A DNA stretch of 64,000 nt, taken from Antedon mediterranea. Lineage: Eukaryota > Animalia > Echinodermata. A program made the translations under genes and the position numbers. Below the pieces are notes generated by a model. The model saw only the letters and a list, made by a program, of their open reading frames with translations, was not told where the DNA came from and ran no database searches. Where the stretch lies: NCBI RefSeq assembly GCF_964355755.1, contig NC_092680.1:12843045-12907044 (forward strand), read 5' to 3'. Below, piece after piece: positions 51,557-64,000 of the stretch (the first letter of the stretch is position 1; each line of letters starts with the position of its first letter).

Positions 51557-53214
51557 CTGTAATAAATATTAGTCAATTGAAGAGTAAAAGTAAGTTTACA
51601 TGCGAATACTAAAAATAAGCTCTAGAAAATCTGTAGGCCTAACTATTATTCTTTTTCAGAGACGAATATGGCGTAGGCCTACCGTTGATAACAGGCGTGT
51701 AATTCTGATTTCACAGCCAAACGTTAATTATCCGTTGATACTACTATACGAACATGCTGGTTATCAATTTCCTAATTACAATTGTAATACTTATTCATAA
51801 TCTTAAAATGTTTACGATTTATTTTTTTCGACTAAATAATTGTTTGGTTAACGTGAGTAACTATTATGTGACAATAAAATGACACATTAAAAAAAAAAAA
51901 AAAAAATTCAAGGGGACAATATATCTTTAAAACTGTTACGTCAACAAGCGAGCGGCGTTTTTTGTAAGAAATATTTCTTTATTTTAAAAATTGTTGAACG
52001 TTGGCAAATTTAAGATACTGTAACCCTGATTTTAAAAACGTCGTTGTATCACGGTACGGCTATGTTTTAGAAGAAAAATATAATATGTATATTTTTGATA
52101 GAAATTAAAACAGTTACAATAGATCAATCAATTAATTCAACTATTTTTATAATAATAATAATAATCAAATATGTATATTTGTGACAGAAAAACAGTTACA
52201 ATAGATCAATAGATTATTTAATTAAAATATTAGTATGATAATCAAATAATGCGAGATCTCATTATATCTGTCTAAATATTATATTCATTACCATTATTTG
52301 ATATGTTTCGCATCTATCAGGCAATCTATTGTTAGATACCTTGATCATCTGTTAGATGAATGAAACTATTTCCAAAACTGTAATTTGCATCACATAGGGC
52401 TGCGCAGCCATATACATCTATATATTATGATACTTTACACTGAAGATATGATAATATTATCAGCTTTCCACATAGAAATAACTAATTTCATATTTCTATT
52501 TATTATAGGTCTATTCTTTACGTATTATATCGCCTACTAGTTTTGTAATTTTCAGAAGAACAAAATATTCATGGAGTCAACTCTAACAAAAATAAATAAA
52601 AACTGCTTGCCAGAAAGTATGGAGATAAATAGAATAACTTACCTTTATAATAGTAGACCTATTGCTATAATGTGAACATGTTTATTCTGCAATCAGTAAC
52701 TCTATGATTTGGATCAAAGTGAAGCGTGCAACAACACGAGTAATCATCATACGTCATCGAGCTGCGTATCTACTGTCACCATGGTGACCAAATAATTGGA
52801 ACTACATCTTAACATTCTCATTTGCCTTAAAAGCAAAATTACATTTTATTATTCAATTCCTGAAAGAATCAAACCAGCGTGAAAGCTCCGCTCATTAACA
52901 GACCTCATAATACAATAAGTTTCACAGCTTTTTTTTTGGCAATTAAGAAATTATATGGAAAAGCTTCTAATGATCATACTAGTTGGTTGTTAAAACGTTT
53001 CTATGAGTATACGTCATAATTATAATTCATTGTGTCCAGAAAAATAATTGTGCTGATTCATGCTTACTTGTATTCTAGGGGCCCTCATGAGACAAGCTAT
53101 TGCTTCTAGTGAGGGCCCCAGTTGCTGTTGTCATATATAATAACTGAATAAATGTGTATATGAATGAATGGCCATGCTAATTGAACCTATATATATGTAC
53201 GAAAACAATTAATT

Positions 53215-53790
53215 TTCGGAAAAAAATCCCTGTACTAATAGTAGGCCTACAGGGATTTTTTATCGAAAAATGCCCAAATATCGATTTCTTTTAAAAATTC
53301 AATTAGTATGCGATAATATGCGATATATTGCTTTTTATCATCTTATAGAGCCATAATGATCAGTTTTGTCGAAAAATAAAAGGGTCGAAATTTTGCCATT
53401 TTTGGAAAAAACATGAATTTTTTCGAAAAATGCCCAAAATATCTACTTTTTAAAATTCAATAATTATGCGATAACATTACCATATATGCGCATATATTGC
53501 CTTATCAAGTGTTTGTAACCAGTTATGTCGAAAAAGAAAAGGGTCGAAATTTAGCCTTTTTTTTCAAAAAAAATAATATATTTAAAATTCAATTATTATG
53601 CGATAATATTGCTATATATGCGCATATATTGTGTTATCATCATCTTATAGAGCCAAAGAAACTAGGTAATGTCAAAAAATAAAAGGATCGAAATTTGGCA
53701 ATTTTTCGAAAGTTTCCCTGTACTGTCAAAAATAAAAGGGTCTAAATGTACTATAGTTCGAAAAATGGCCAAAATATATATTTTTAAAAA
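53215..53790. repeat. Degenerate AT-rich tandem repeat (~130-160 bp units)
   Basis: Recurrent blocks aaaattcaattattatgcgataat, gtcgaaaaataaaagggtcgaaattt and cgaaaaatgcccaaa. Confidence 0.6.
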
Positions 53791-56075
53791 GAATGTTGAG
53801 ATAGCCTGCAACAGTGTAATAGTTGGTCGTTTTTCATGCGCGAATAAAACAATAAAACGTTGTGCAAAGTGACAGTTATCACATACTTTCATTTTCTTCA
53901 CGTCGTCATTATAGTAATTGAAAGCCTTGAAGTCATGAAAACATTGGCTTAATAATCACTCTAGCGATATTTAAATCATAATTGGTATTGCGTTGTCATG
54001 GTAACAGTAACTTACAACATAGATTATTGGTAATTATGAAATACTATTATCATGATGGAGAATTTTTTTTTTCAAGAACATTTATTAGTTTCAATAATGG
54101 TATAGAATAGGTAGACTTGGTGTGCTAAAAAATCAAGGCAAGTTGTTATGTTGTGGCTCAACTAAATGCATTTTCCGCATAAATCATAAACATTTTAAAA
54201 AAGAATTAAAAAAAAACGAACTCAAACTATTCACCCAAGTCTTCATAAATCAACCAAATAATTTTAATACAACTACAAAAATAAGTAAGATTTGACATTT
54301 TTATTGAAAACTATAAATTTACACAATACGTAAAGGCAAGCACAATTTTACAAAGCTATACATTAGCCTTAAGCATTGTATACACTATCAAACTAGTTTG
54401 ACAAAAAAGTGTGACGTGCCAAATATGGTAGTGATATACCCAAATATGGTAGTGATATGACATCATCAGGTCCATATATGGGCACATCACATTTTTTTGT
54501 CACATGAAGTTTGATATCTTAATCTCTGTATACACTATCAAATTAGTTTAACAAAAAAAGTGTGATGTGCCAAAATATGGTAGAGATATACCCAAATTTG
54601 GTAGTTGTATGACATCATAATGTCCATATATGGGCAAATCACATAAAGTTTGATACTGTAGACATAGCTTTACTTCTAATATAGATAGTGTTACATAGAC
54701 ACCATAGTGTGACGGCACCAATCAATGCAATTCACAATCTAAGATTCTTAACATCTTGTTCAAAGATAAAGCTCTGTCTACACTATCAAACTATATGTGA
54801 CAAAAAATGTGATGTGCCCATATATGGACATGATGATGATGTCATATCACTAGCATATTTGTTTGATATTGTAGACAGAGCTTTAGACTGCATTTAATAC
54901 TAATGTATATTGATATAGTTTTCTCAAGAGACTCTATGCTAACACATTTCACATTTTAATATACAGTATACACAAACACACACAAGTATATCTTAAACTT
55001 GACATTCAGTTTTAATGGAAGTAAGTCACTCTTTTAAGTATTTTTCATCAGGGGGCAGATCCAGGATTTTTTTAGTGGGGGAACGCTAACGTATAGTATT
55101 AATAGTCGGTCAAAAATAGGTACCAAAATATATTTTTTTTAATTTGTTCATAACGTCATTTTAGCTGACAAAGGGGGAGTGTGTGACCCAAGCGCTAACC
55201 CCCTGGATCCGCTCCTGTTCATCTTATCAACGCTAACACATTCCTTAAGCTCTGTCTACACTAACAATTGTGATGTGCCCAAATATGGTAATGGTCCAAA
55301 TATAACAGTGATATGACATCATTATGTACATATATGGGCACATCAAATTTCTAAAATAAAATTTGATAGTGTAGACAGAGCTTTACATATGAATCTTATA
55401 ACATATGCCAACTTTTCAAACAGGTTTTGTGGGTAACAGTGTTAAATGGACAATTTGACAATATTTAAGTTTTCTTATAATTTACTCATAGTAAAAAACA
55501 GAAATAGAGAATTTAATATTCACAAATAAATAGCCAAAAATACTAAATACTTTAAAAAAAGTAAATTTTCTTTACAAGCTATACTGCGAGAATAAAATTG
55601 ATGTAAAGTGAACAGATACGGAATTCTGTATACATCTATGAAAGAAAAGCATTGTTAGATTTGATTTGACAGAACTTAGATCTGCAGTATAGTGTTGTTC
55701 ACACCATTCAAAGAAACAAATAGAGCAAGTAAGCACTCCATGAAATCAGCCCAGGCTATTCAATCAATCATCGATCAATTATCAATCATCAATCGATCAA
55801 TTATCAATCAATTAACAATCAATCATCAATCAAGTTACTGCATCTTTGGGGAATATTGAATTGGTTTGAAACCATTTTCACTATTGAAGGCAATATTAAC
55901 GAGAGCTAATGCTGAGAACTGAGTGATAGTAAATATAATACCATTTCATTGTCAGGCAATATGTTAAAAGCTCAAACTGATCGATTACAAATGTAGTACC
56001 AGTTGTCCACACCTTATGGTGATCACTGTGTTACCTGGACAGTCTCTGTGCCGAGTTGTGTGCACCTTAGGGTTA

Positions 56076-59000
56076 TCACTGCGTTACCTGGACAGTCTCT
56101 GCGCTGTTATCGGTTGTTGTAGGTTGCAGAAACACCTGTTGCGTCGTACCAGCTTGTGTTTGTATTGGTAGTTGTTGTATTTGAAATACAGGCTGTGAGA
56201 TAAAAAAAAACAAATATAATTATATATACATTTGTATAAATTATAGATTCATTTGAAATTGCCAACTGGAAACAATTAAAAACAGTTACTGTGCTATATG
56301 CTCGTCAGATCACAAGCTGGGCCCTGATAGTCACTTGTATCATTTGTATTTATTTATATAGTTATCACATCGTATTATTTATTCTACTCAGGTACAAAAC
56401 ATATCTCGAAATTGTTAACAATTTTGACAATAAAGTTATCTTGTATCTTGTATCTTGTAAATTTCTGGGAGTTTCTAGAGTTGTATAGACAGCAAGTGAT
56501 ATGGAATAATGGTAAGGGGCCTGACTAGCATGCGAGAATCATTGGTTCAAGCTTGTCTGTGCCACAAGATGCTTTATTTTCGTTTCGATAAGACTGGCTG
56601 CCTTAGAGTGTCCAATCAGAATTTTCTCAGTTTCCAGTTATGCATGAGGACGACTATAATTTCATACAATACATGTTTATAAGGCACACTTATATACCTG
56701 TGATCCTGATATCTCATACAATACATGTTTATAAGGCACACTTATATACCTGTGATCCTGATATCTCATACAATACATGTTTATAAGGCACACTTATATA
56801 CCTGTGATCCTGATATTTCATACAATACATGTTTATAAGGCACACTTATATACCTGTGATCCTGATATCTCATACAATACATGTTTATAAGGCACACTTA
56901 TATACCTGTGATCCTGATATCTCATACAATACATGTTTATAAGGCACACTTATATACCTGTGATCCTGATATTTCATACAATACATGTTTATAAGGCACA
57001 CTTATATACCTGTGATCCTGATATCTCATACATTACATGTTTATAAGGCACACTTATATACCTGTGATCCTGATATTTCATACAATACATGTTTATAAGG
57101 CACACTTATATACCTGTGATCCTGATATCTCATACAATACATGTTTATAAGGCACACTTATATACCTGTGATCCTGATATCTCATACAATACATGTTTAT
57201 AAGGCACACTTATATACCTGTGATCCTGATATATCATACAATACATGTTTATAAGGCACACTTATATACCTGTGATCCTGATATCTCAGCAGTAACAAAC
57301 TGTTGGCCTGCCTGTCTAAGGTACTGGATTGGTTGAGTCCCAAACACCTAAAGTTGTACAAAAAAAACAACATGTTAGCAAGTAATAGAGAAGTAATGCT
57401 ACTAGGATTAGAAATTAATGAATTTGATGTCAGTGAATGTGGTAAAAATGATAGAAACACAATGACAACGATAATAACTTGACAATTAGAAATATGATAG
57501 ATGAACATGATAATGATACTGTGTATGTTTAAGCATGTATGTGGTTGTACTATGTAATCAGTAATGTTGGAATGGTTTCACTGTAACTATACAGTGACAA
57601 TGTTGATGACGAAACTGAAACTATGACAATAATGGTGATAATAAAGTGAAAAATATGACAATATATTTTAAATACAACCATTTACAAAAACAGTAAAATT
57701 ACACTTGGAAGAACAGAATTGCAAAGTAAATATCATAAACAATTCACAAATTTAACTCACACAAAAACAATCTATTTAAAATGGTTAATTAATTAGGTTA
57801 AAAAGGGAAAATATACCATAATTTATATAACAAAGTTATGAAGAATATGAAGTGGTCATGAATGTGATAGTGCTTACACAGCAAACAAAGAAAAGTTACA
57901 GGTGGCAATACTATGCAAATGAGCACAAATGCTTCATTTACATATGTCATCAGCCACCTGTCTTTACCAGTTATCTGTGAACCCACACCTGCACATCCCC
58001 GGAATTGCTTACAATCTGTGCGGCATTTTGCGATCCGTCCGGCTGTTGTAACTGGATGGTCTGACCAGCAGCTGTTTGTACTAGCTGTGCTGGCTGTCCG
58101 TCAGCTGTCTGTATTAATTGTGTTGTTGTACCGTCTGCTTGTACCAGTTGAGTTGTCTGATTATCACCACCAGCCTATAAATAAAATATACAGTTATATT
58201 ACATAGCCTATGTAAAAACGTGAACGCGATTGGTTGAAACTGCATCACATGACTACCGCTGCGAGGATCGTAAATTGTATATATCCTCGAGTACGATGAT
58301 ATTGACTGAGTAATTTTCGTATGATTATCGTGTCCCTGTCATTAAACACTTCGGGAAATATATTCCCTCGAGCAAAATATCATTCCCTCAGGGATGTCAA
58401 ATCTTATATTTCACCTCTAAGCAGGCAATATCTGTATAATAGTTGCAGCACCAAAGTTGTTTTTTATTTATGAGATTGTGGTTCGATTCCAACGCTCGCC
58501 ACATTGGTTGTATCCTTACGCAAGGCACTTTACTTACATTTGCCTCTCTCCGCCCAGGTGTATAAAGGGTACCCAGTTAGCTCAAGACACAACTCAAACA
58601 CTAGCTGCATTATGGGAGTATGTTTCCATACATGTTTGATTAAAAAAAAATCTGGGGTAATAATGTGCAGTTGATTGAGAGCTTATATGCACTATATAAG
58701 AATGAACTATTTATTATTACTAAAGTTTATCTCTGTTAGAACAAAGTAAAATTATATTTAAAAACCTGTTGTTGCTGTTGAGCCTGTGATTGGTTCACTA
58801 TTTGCTGTAGTTGCTGGGCAGCACCTGACGGTATGCTAATGAACTGAAATTTAAATAAATAAATACATTATACAAATTAACCATAAGAAAACAATACATG
58901 AATATCACTGCCCAATTATACAGTAGTACCAAAGAACTAGAAATTGAAACTTTGATACAAAGAAAAACTATAATTAAACAATACTACTATCTTTACAAAT

Positions 59001-62000
59001 ACTTGATAATGCAGTTAGTTATATAGTTTTATATAACACCTAAATAAATTCCTGTCATTTGATTGGACGAATGTGGGTCACATGGCGTGCAATAGTACGT
59101 ACTATTAAACGATCGTTTAATAGTACTTTTTTAAACATTTTGTGTACGAAAAAAAAAACGTTTCGCGGATGAAAAAAAATTTAGAATACAAAAATTACTG
59201 TAAAATACAACAGCGCCAGCTGTCGTCCTGCCTCTGTTGTTTGTAAACACCACCGCAAGATATGCAACAGCAGCAGATTTTTGTGTACGATTTGGAGATA
59301 TATATGTACTAATTTCATTCAAAAAAGCATTTAAATTAGCTTTAGATCGTTTTTAGGATTTTGATTAATTAATGGGGACATCCCTACAAGACGTGGAATT
59401 GTTGGAAAAACCATAATTAGCCAAGATAAGTTCCAATTGTCTGTCGAAGTTTTGCCTTTCAGCCTATCTAGTACTACTACTACTAGGCCTAGCCTAGCTA
59501 GGCCTGTTAGTATTAGGCTAGGCCTGGCCTAGGCGTTTTTAGCCTTGCTAGGCCTATGATTGTTTGGTCGTTTGTTGACATAATTAACACTAAAGTAGGT
59601 GTGTTTAGAAAATCCATATAATTATAACATTTAATATAAAATTAAATGTTACGGTTTTAATCAATCTGAATGAAATATAGGCCTCTTGGCTAGGGCCACC
59701 TTATATTTGATTCAAATGACAGGAATCTATTTAGATGTTATATAAAACAAATAATGAATGTTTTGTATTCGTGTAATGGTACAAATAATGGCACTTGGTG
59801 AATGATGAAAGGTTATATCAACTCGGCTTTGCCTCGTTGATATAACCTTTCATCATTCACCTCGTGCCATTATTTGTACCATTACACTCATAAACATTCA
59901 TTATTTGTATAATATCAAATATTTATTTATTTTCATTATATTTAGGTGCTTGGTTTACTTGCAACCTGTCAACCTTACTTCTTGTGTCTACATTGTTTAC
60001 TTGTTGTTTTTTTTAATATTTAGGCACATTGCCAAGGATAACCATAAGTGAATTCATTCACTATCCTTCTTAAAGGTGGCAATCCTGTTCACAAGACAAA
60101 CATACACAAGATGCTCTACATAAACAAAAAAGACTTATTTCTAGTCTAGTTGAAAATTGGCATTAGAAAAAATCTTGACATATGGCAGGACTTGAGCCTA
60201 GGACCCTTGGATTGGCCATCATAACCACCAAGCCACAGCTCCATTTCCATTGAATGATTTGAAAGCCATTGGATACTAAAAGACAATACTTGGTATACTG
60301 TACCTGTTGGCCTTGTGTTACATTAGCAACCTGTATCGTCTGTGCCGTTGTTTGTTGTTGTTGCTGTGTCTGTTGCTGAGCACCCTGTCTAAGTTGTTGT
60401 TGAACGGCTTGGTTCTGAGCAAGTTGGAAGTAATATTGCACCTGGTCCGGACACATTCCTGTCTGTTGAACATGTGTTTCCTAAAACAAGGTTTTAATTT
60501 TATTTCAACTTATCTATAGAGGGTGACCCTAAACAGCGTATGCTGACAATCAAGGGGCCCCTTGAAGAGTTATGATAAGTGTCTGTGTGTGACAGTGGCT
60601 GTGTGTATACTACACCGGCGTAACTATACTACTCGTCTCGTTTTTTTACTATTTTATATTTCAGGTATTCATTTATTGTGCTTGTTTATTTTTTCATTTT
60701 TCTTTAATCAATGTCTCTTTCTAGAAGAAATAAATTAAATGGAAATAGTAGATGGTAGTTGTTACTGGCACCCTACCTGTCTCTTTGTTGGCTTTAGTTC
60801 ATCTCTCGGCACTATGTCTATTAGAAAATCAAACTGGTCATATTTTGAGATCGCCATTGCAATATCATTTCTCTGAAATTATACAGTATCATATTTTATT
60901 TATTGCCACGCAAAGAAATAGCACTATTTGTGGTGCATTTATCACTATTGAAATGATCAATTAAGTAGTTTACTTAAGTACTTATCCAAAACTTACTTGT
61001 AAAGTCCTTCGTTTATTTTCCTCCGTGTGCAACCATGCACGAAGTGACAACTCACTTATGAATATCTCGGCCGCTTTTGAGAAGAGTACAGGAGCCTCAG
61101 CACTGATCATCTACAGTAGTAAATTAAATTATGATATTTGATGTAAAGTACTCTCTCAATTTATTCATTACATAATCAGGCCTTGTGTTTTAAAAATTAT
61201 AGGTGTGCTACAAATTGCACTCCTCAATACATTCAGGGATGCTGTAGGTGTGCTGTTTGTATTTTGGTGTGTAGAAGTTTACTAAATTTAAGCTCAAGAG
61301 TATTTTAGGAGTGTTAGGTGAGTGATCACACTCGCCTTAAAAGACAAGGCCTGCATGTTTTTTTTTGTTAAACTTGACAATTACAAATGGAAAATCCAAA
61401 CAAGGTTTAGGTAGAAGGCGCTGTATTGGCGGCCGTCAGAAAAATTAGTGAGCACTAAGCCAAATAAAACCAAATGAAAATATTACAAACCTTCACATCT
61501 TCATCTAGTTTCATAATTTTCTTTATTCTTGCCAAAGGCAGTTCCTGTGTTTTGAAATGAGACTAAAAAAAAAAAAAAAAAAACTTGACTTCAATATTAA
61601 AATATACCGTATATTTCGGTGTATAAGTCGCACTTTTGACACGCAAATTTGACCTCTAAATTAAGGGTGCGTCTTATACACCGAACATAAATGCCTCACC
61701 ACAAAGATTGTACATATCGTCACCTCGTTCGCTAGGCCTGAGTAGGCTAGGCCTAGCTACAGTATACTAACGTAACAGCAACCTGCTTCTGCCTAGTTTT
61801 CAAGGCATTTTAGCATGATGTTATACTAAATTATGATGAAAAGATTTGTTCATTATGGAGCTGCTGTTTTAGGCGCTCCGATAAAATTTCATTTGTAAAC
61901 GTTTACGATTGGAATAGGCTAGTATTTATTTATAGTTATACGCACGATCGCCGACCGCCGTACCCCCAGCGCAAGCCCTTCTCCAGGTGATTATAGCATG

Positions 62001-62909
62001 GACCTAGCGTACACACTTCTCGGATACATGGATACTAATCGAATACGATTGTCCGTGAAAACGTTCGCCCTCTCGAAGTGATCGATCGAGGCTAGCCCAC
62101 ACACACGTACGTGTTACACACACGGTCATGCACTCGATGTTGCGGGTGCGAAACTCATGAATAACAAGTTAGAAAGAACTCGTTGAGGCTGGGCGCGGCC
62201 GAGCCTAGGCCTAGGTAAGAAAAAACCTAAATAAAGGACGCCGTTGTAGATATAACAAAATTATTATTACAATAATATTGATTACAATTTAAGAAAAAAT
62301 TGTTTTTATGAAATATAAGGTGCGTCTTATACATCGACGATATAAAAAATACCGATATTTTACTCTCAGTTAGGGGGTGCGTCTTATACACAGGTGCGAC
62401 TTATACACCGAAATATACGGTACACAAATTTTGACATTAATATGTACACAGAAATAATTAATATCAGGATGTACAAAACAACTATGAAACATAATTTGAA
62501 TGATGTATTCATTTATTAAATTTACAAGCAATGGCAGATGTTTGGAGGTTTGACGGTTGTTCTGCTACAACACTACTTGCATGCTTAAAGGGCTAAAGCT
62601 CTGATTACACTATCAAACTTTATACAGTATGACAAAAAAGTGTAATGTGGCCATATGTAGACACAATGTCATATCACTACCTTATTTGGGCATATCGCTA
62701 CCATATTTGGGCACATCACATTTTTTGTCACATAAAGTTTGATAGTGTAAACAGAGCTTAACAACATGTTATGAACTGTCAAGTATTACCATTTCAATGT
62801 TATTGATGCTAGCAGCTTTGTTTGTCCAGAAGTTAGTCAGTTTACCCTGCGATTCTGATGCAACATCTTCTGCAGACGTTGCCACCGCTTGTGAATTGTT
62901 TGTGTTCAT
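56076..62909 (-). CDS. NFYC: Nuclear transcription factor Y subunit gamma (~345 aa)
   Basis: Exons 62909-62790, 61562-61491, 61110-60997, 60872-60777, 60480-60304, 58843-58766, 58174-57989, 57347-57270, 56192-56076. Histone fold [82 protein letters not shown], then a Q-rich tail. Confidence 0.95.
56659..57287 (-). repeat. 52-bp minisatellite, ~12 units, spanning the NF-YC exon end and 5' splice site
   Basis: Minus-strand unit gagatatcaggatcacag|GTATATaagtgtgccttataaacatgtattgtat; donors at 57269 and every 52 nt down to 56697. Confidence 0.96.
58465..58720 (+). mobile_element. CORE-like SINE with L2-type tail
   Basis: B box ggttcgattcc, core tccttacgcaaggcactttac...ctctccgcccaggtgtataaagggtacc. 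3' part shared with 32610-32750 (gtaaagcgcct...ggcgctatataaat(tat)n). Confidence 0.55.
59028..59913. mobile_element. Non-autonomous DNA element with subterminal inverted repeats and a long terminal hairpin (CryptonV-like, tentative)
   Basis: 59028-59062 is inverted at ~59712-59748; an ~80-bp-arm palindrome at 59748-59908 is centred on tcggctttgcctcg. Confidence 0.5.
61607..62420. mobile_element. Tc1/mariner (Tc2-like) MITE
   Basis: TA|ccgtatatttcggtgtataagtcgcac ... gtgcgacttatacaccgaaatatacgg|TA: perfect TIR, TA duplication, subterminal gtgcgtcttatacac repeats. Confidence 0.85.
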
Positions 62910-63734
62910 TCTAGACAATAATATGAAAATAATCTATTCAAATAAACATTTTAGTCACTCTAGTATAAACATATACAACTGAGATTGACTTTTTCATCAG
63001 TACTTCTATGAATGGATGATTCGTTGGGAACATGAACGCTAGTTGATCATACCCAGTACCGTATTGATCGTAGGATCATTCGGGAAAACACCTCACAACA
63101 ATAATATGATAATAAGCGATTATTCAATAAATTTAATATTTTAGTAACTCTATAAATATAAAACTGAGTTGTTATTGCTGCAGCTTTGATGGGTATGAGG
63201 ATTTTATTACCTTGCAATCCATTATTATTAAGCTTACTCCTAAGAACAGTTTTTGTTGGTAAGATATTACAGGATTGAACCCCGGACCTTGGTTGGTATT
63301 GGAAGGCAAGCTGAGCAAATTAGGCCTGCTCCACTATTATCCATCCATTTTACATTGATTACATTGTTATAAGAATACAATAAATAACTAGCATCATTCC
63401 ATCACTCCGTTGAGTTCGAGTAACATTTGTTCAATTTAGCTAGTCAACAGAACAGATGAACCTTCAGTTCACTGTACTGAGCACGAACTTACTGTATGTA
63501 TAGGCTATAATTTATGTCAACTAACCAGCGCGCACGAGGCGAGGGCCTAGTGAAAGAGAGAGGGGTGAATTTTAAATCAAAATAGTATCAATTATTGATG
63601 AGAGAATAAGTCTAAATTTTGTATTACATGTCAGGATATCTGGTCCTGGAAAGCTTTGATAAATGATGGATCCGATTTGCTAGAAGTTCGACCAACCAAG
63701 CTTTGTACAAATGTTTTTCCACAATACCGATGGA

Positions 63735-63788
63735 CCAATGGCTAAGGAACATACACCGTCCAATCAGCACATAAAATGGCCGACCAAT
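63735..63788. promoter_or_regulatory. Three CCAAT boxes and a YY1-like site near the NF-YC 5' end
   Basis: CCAAT at 63735, 63760 and 63784; aaaatggc at 63773. A putative non-coding exon donor (GTAAGT, minus strand) lies at 63938. Confidence 0.4.
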
Positions 63789-64000
63789 CGCGTCAGAGCG
63801 GGTAAACATTCATACGATATCCACCTCTTGTGGCATATGAGAACCTTTAAATTAACTGATTACAGTATATACTTTTAAAGTATTATTTCTAAACAACATC
63901 AGAATTAATTTGAATCTATAAAATCTACAAATACTTACTTAAATACCAAAATTGAAACACTCTTTGTCTCCAAATCTGAGATGAAAGCGAGCGAAATGGC

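Noticed and set aside
55760-55832. (ATCA)n tract
   Set aside because: Ordinary degenerate microsatellite downstream of the NF-YC stop.

Overview
AT-rich, intron-containing animal DNA (invertebrate-like; the taxon cannot be fixed from sequence alone). I assembled exon structures by hand and checked splice phases. The window holds the 3' part of an NRBP1/Madm pseudokinase gene (+), a tRNA-Gly(TCC) gene (-) and a complete MDC1 gene (+; FHA, SDT, TQxY/F repeats, tandem BRCT, one U12-type intron). It also holds an intronless 406-aa orphan ORF with an RVxF motif (+), a complete GABA-B-receptor-like class C GPCR gene (-) and an NF-YC gene (-). Many non-autonomous elements are present: a Helitron, Harbinger, Kolobok and Tc2 MITEs, foldback elements, SINEs, and LINE and Penelope fragments, the last with minimal hammerhead motifs. 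Most notable observations: (1) two unrelated genes carry tandem arrays whose unit straddles an exon end and 5' splice site (29 and 12 stacked donors), with an in-frame stop behind the first donor; (2) a largely inverted copy of the MDC1 TQ-repeat exon lies in the probable NRBP 3' UTR; (3) copy-versus-copy comparisons show short stereotyped insertions at TA sites (TAGGCCTA, TACAGTA, TACCGTA); (4) MDC1 has a tandem exon array and about 22 TQx(F/Y) motifs.
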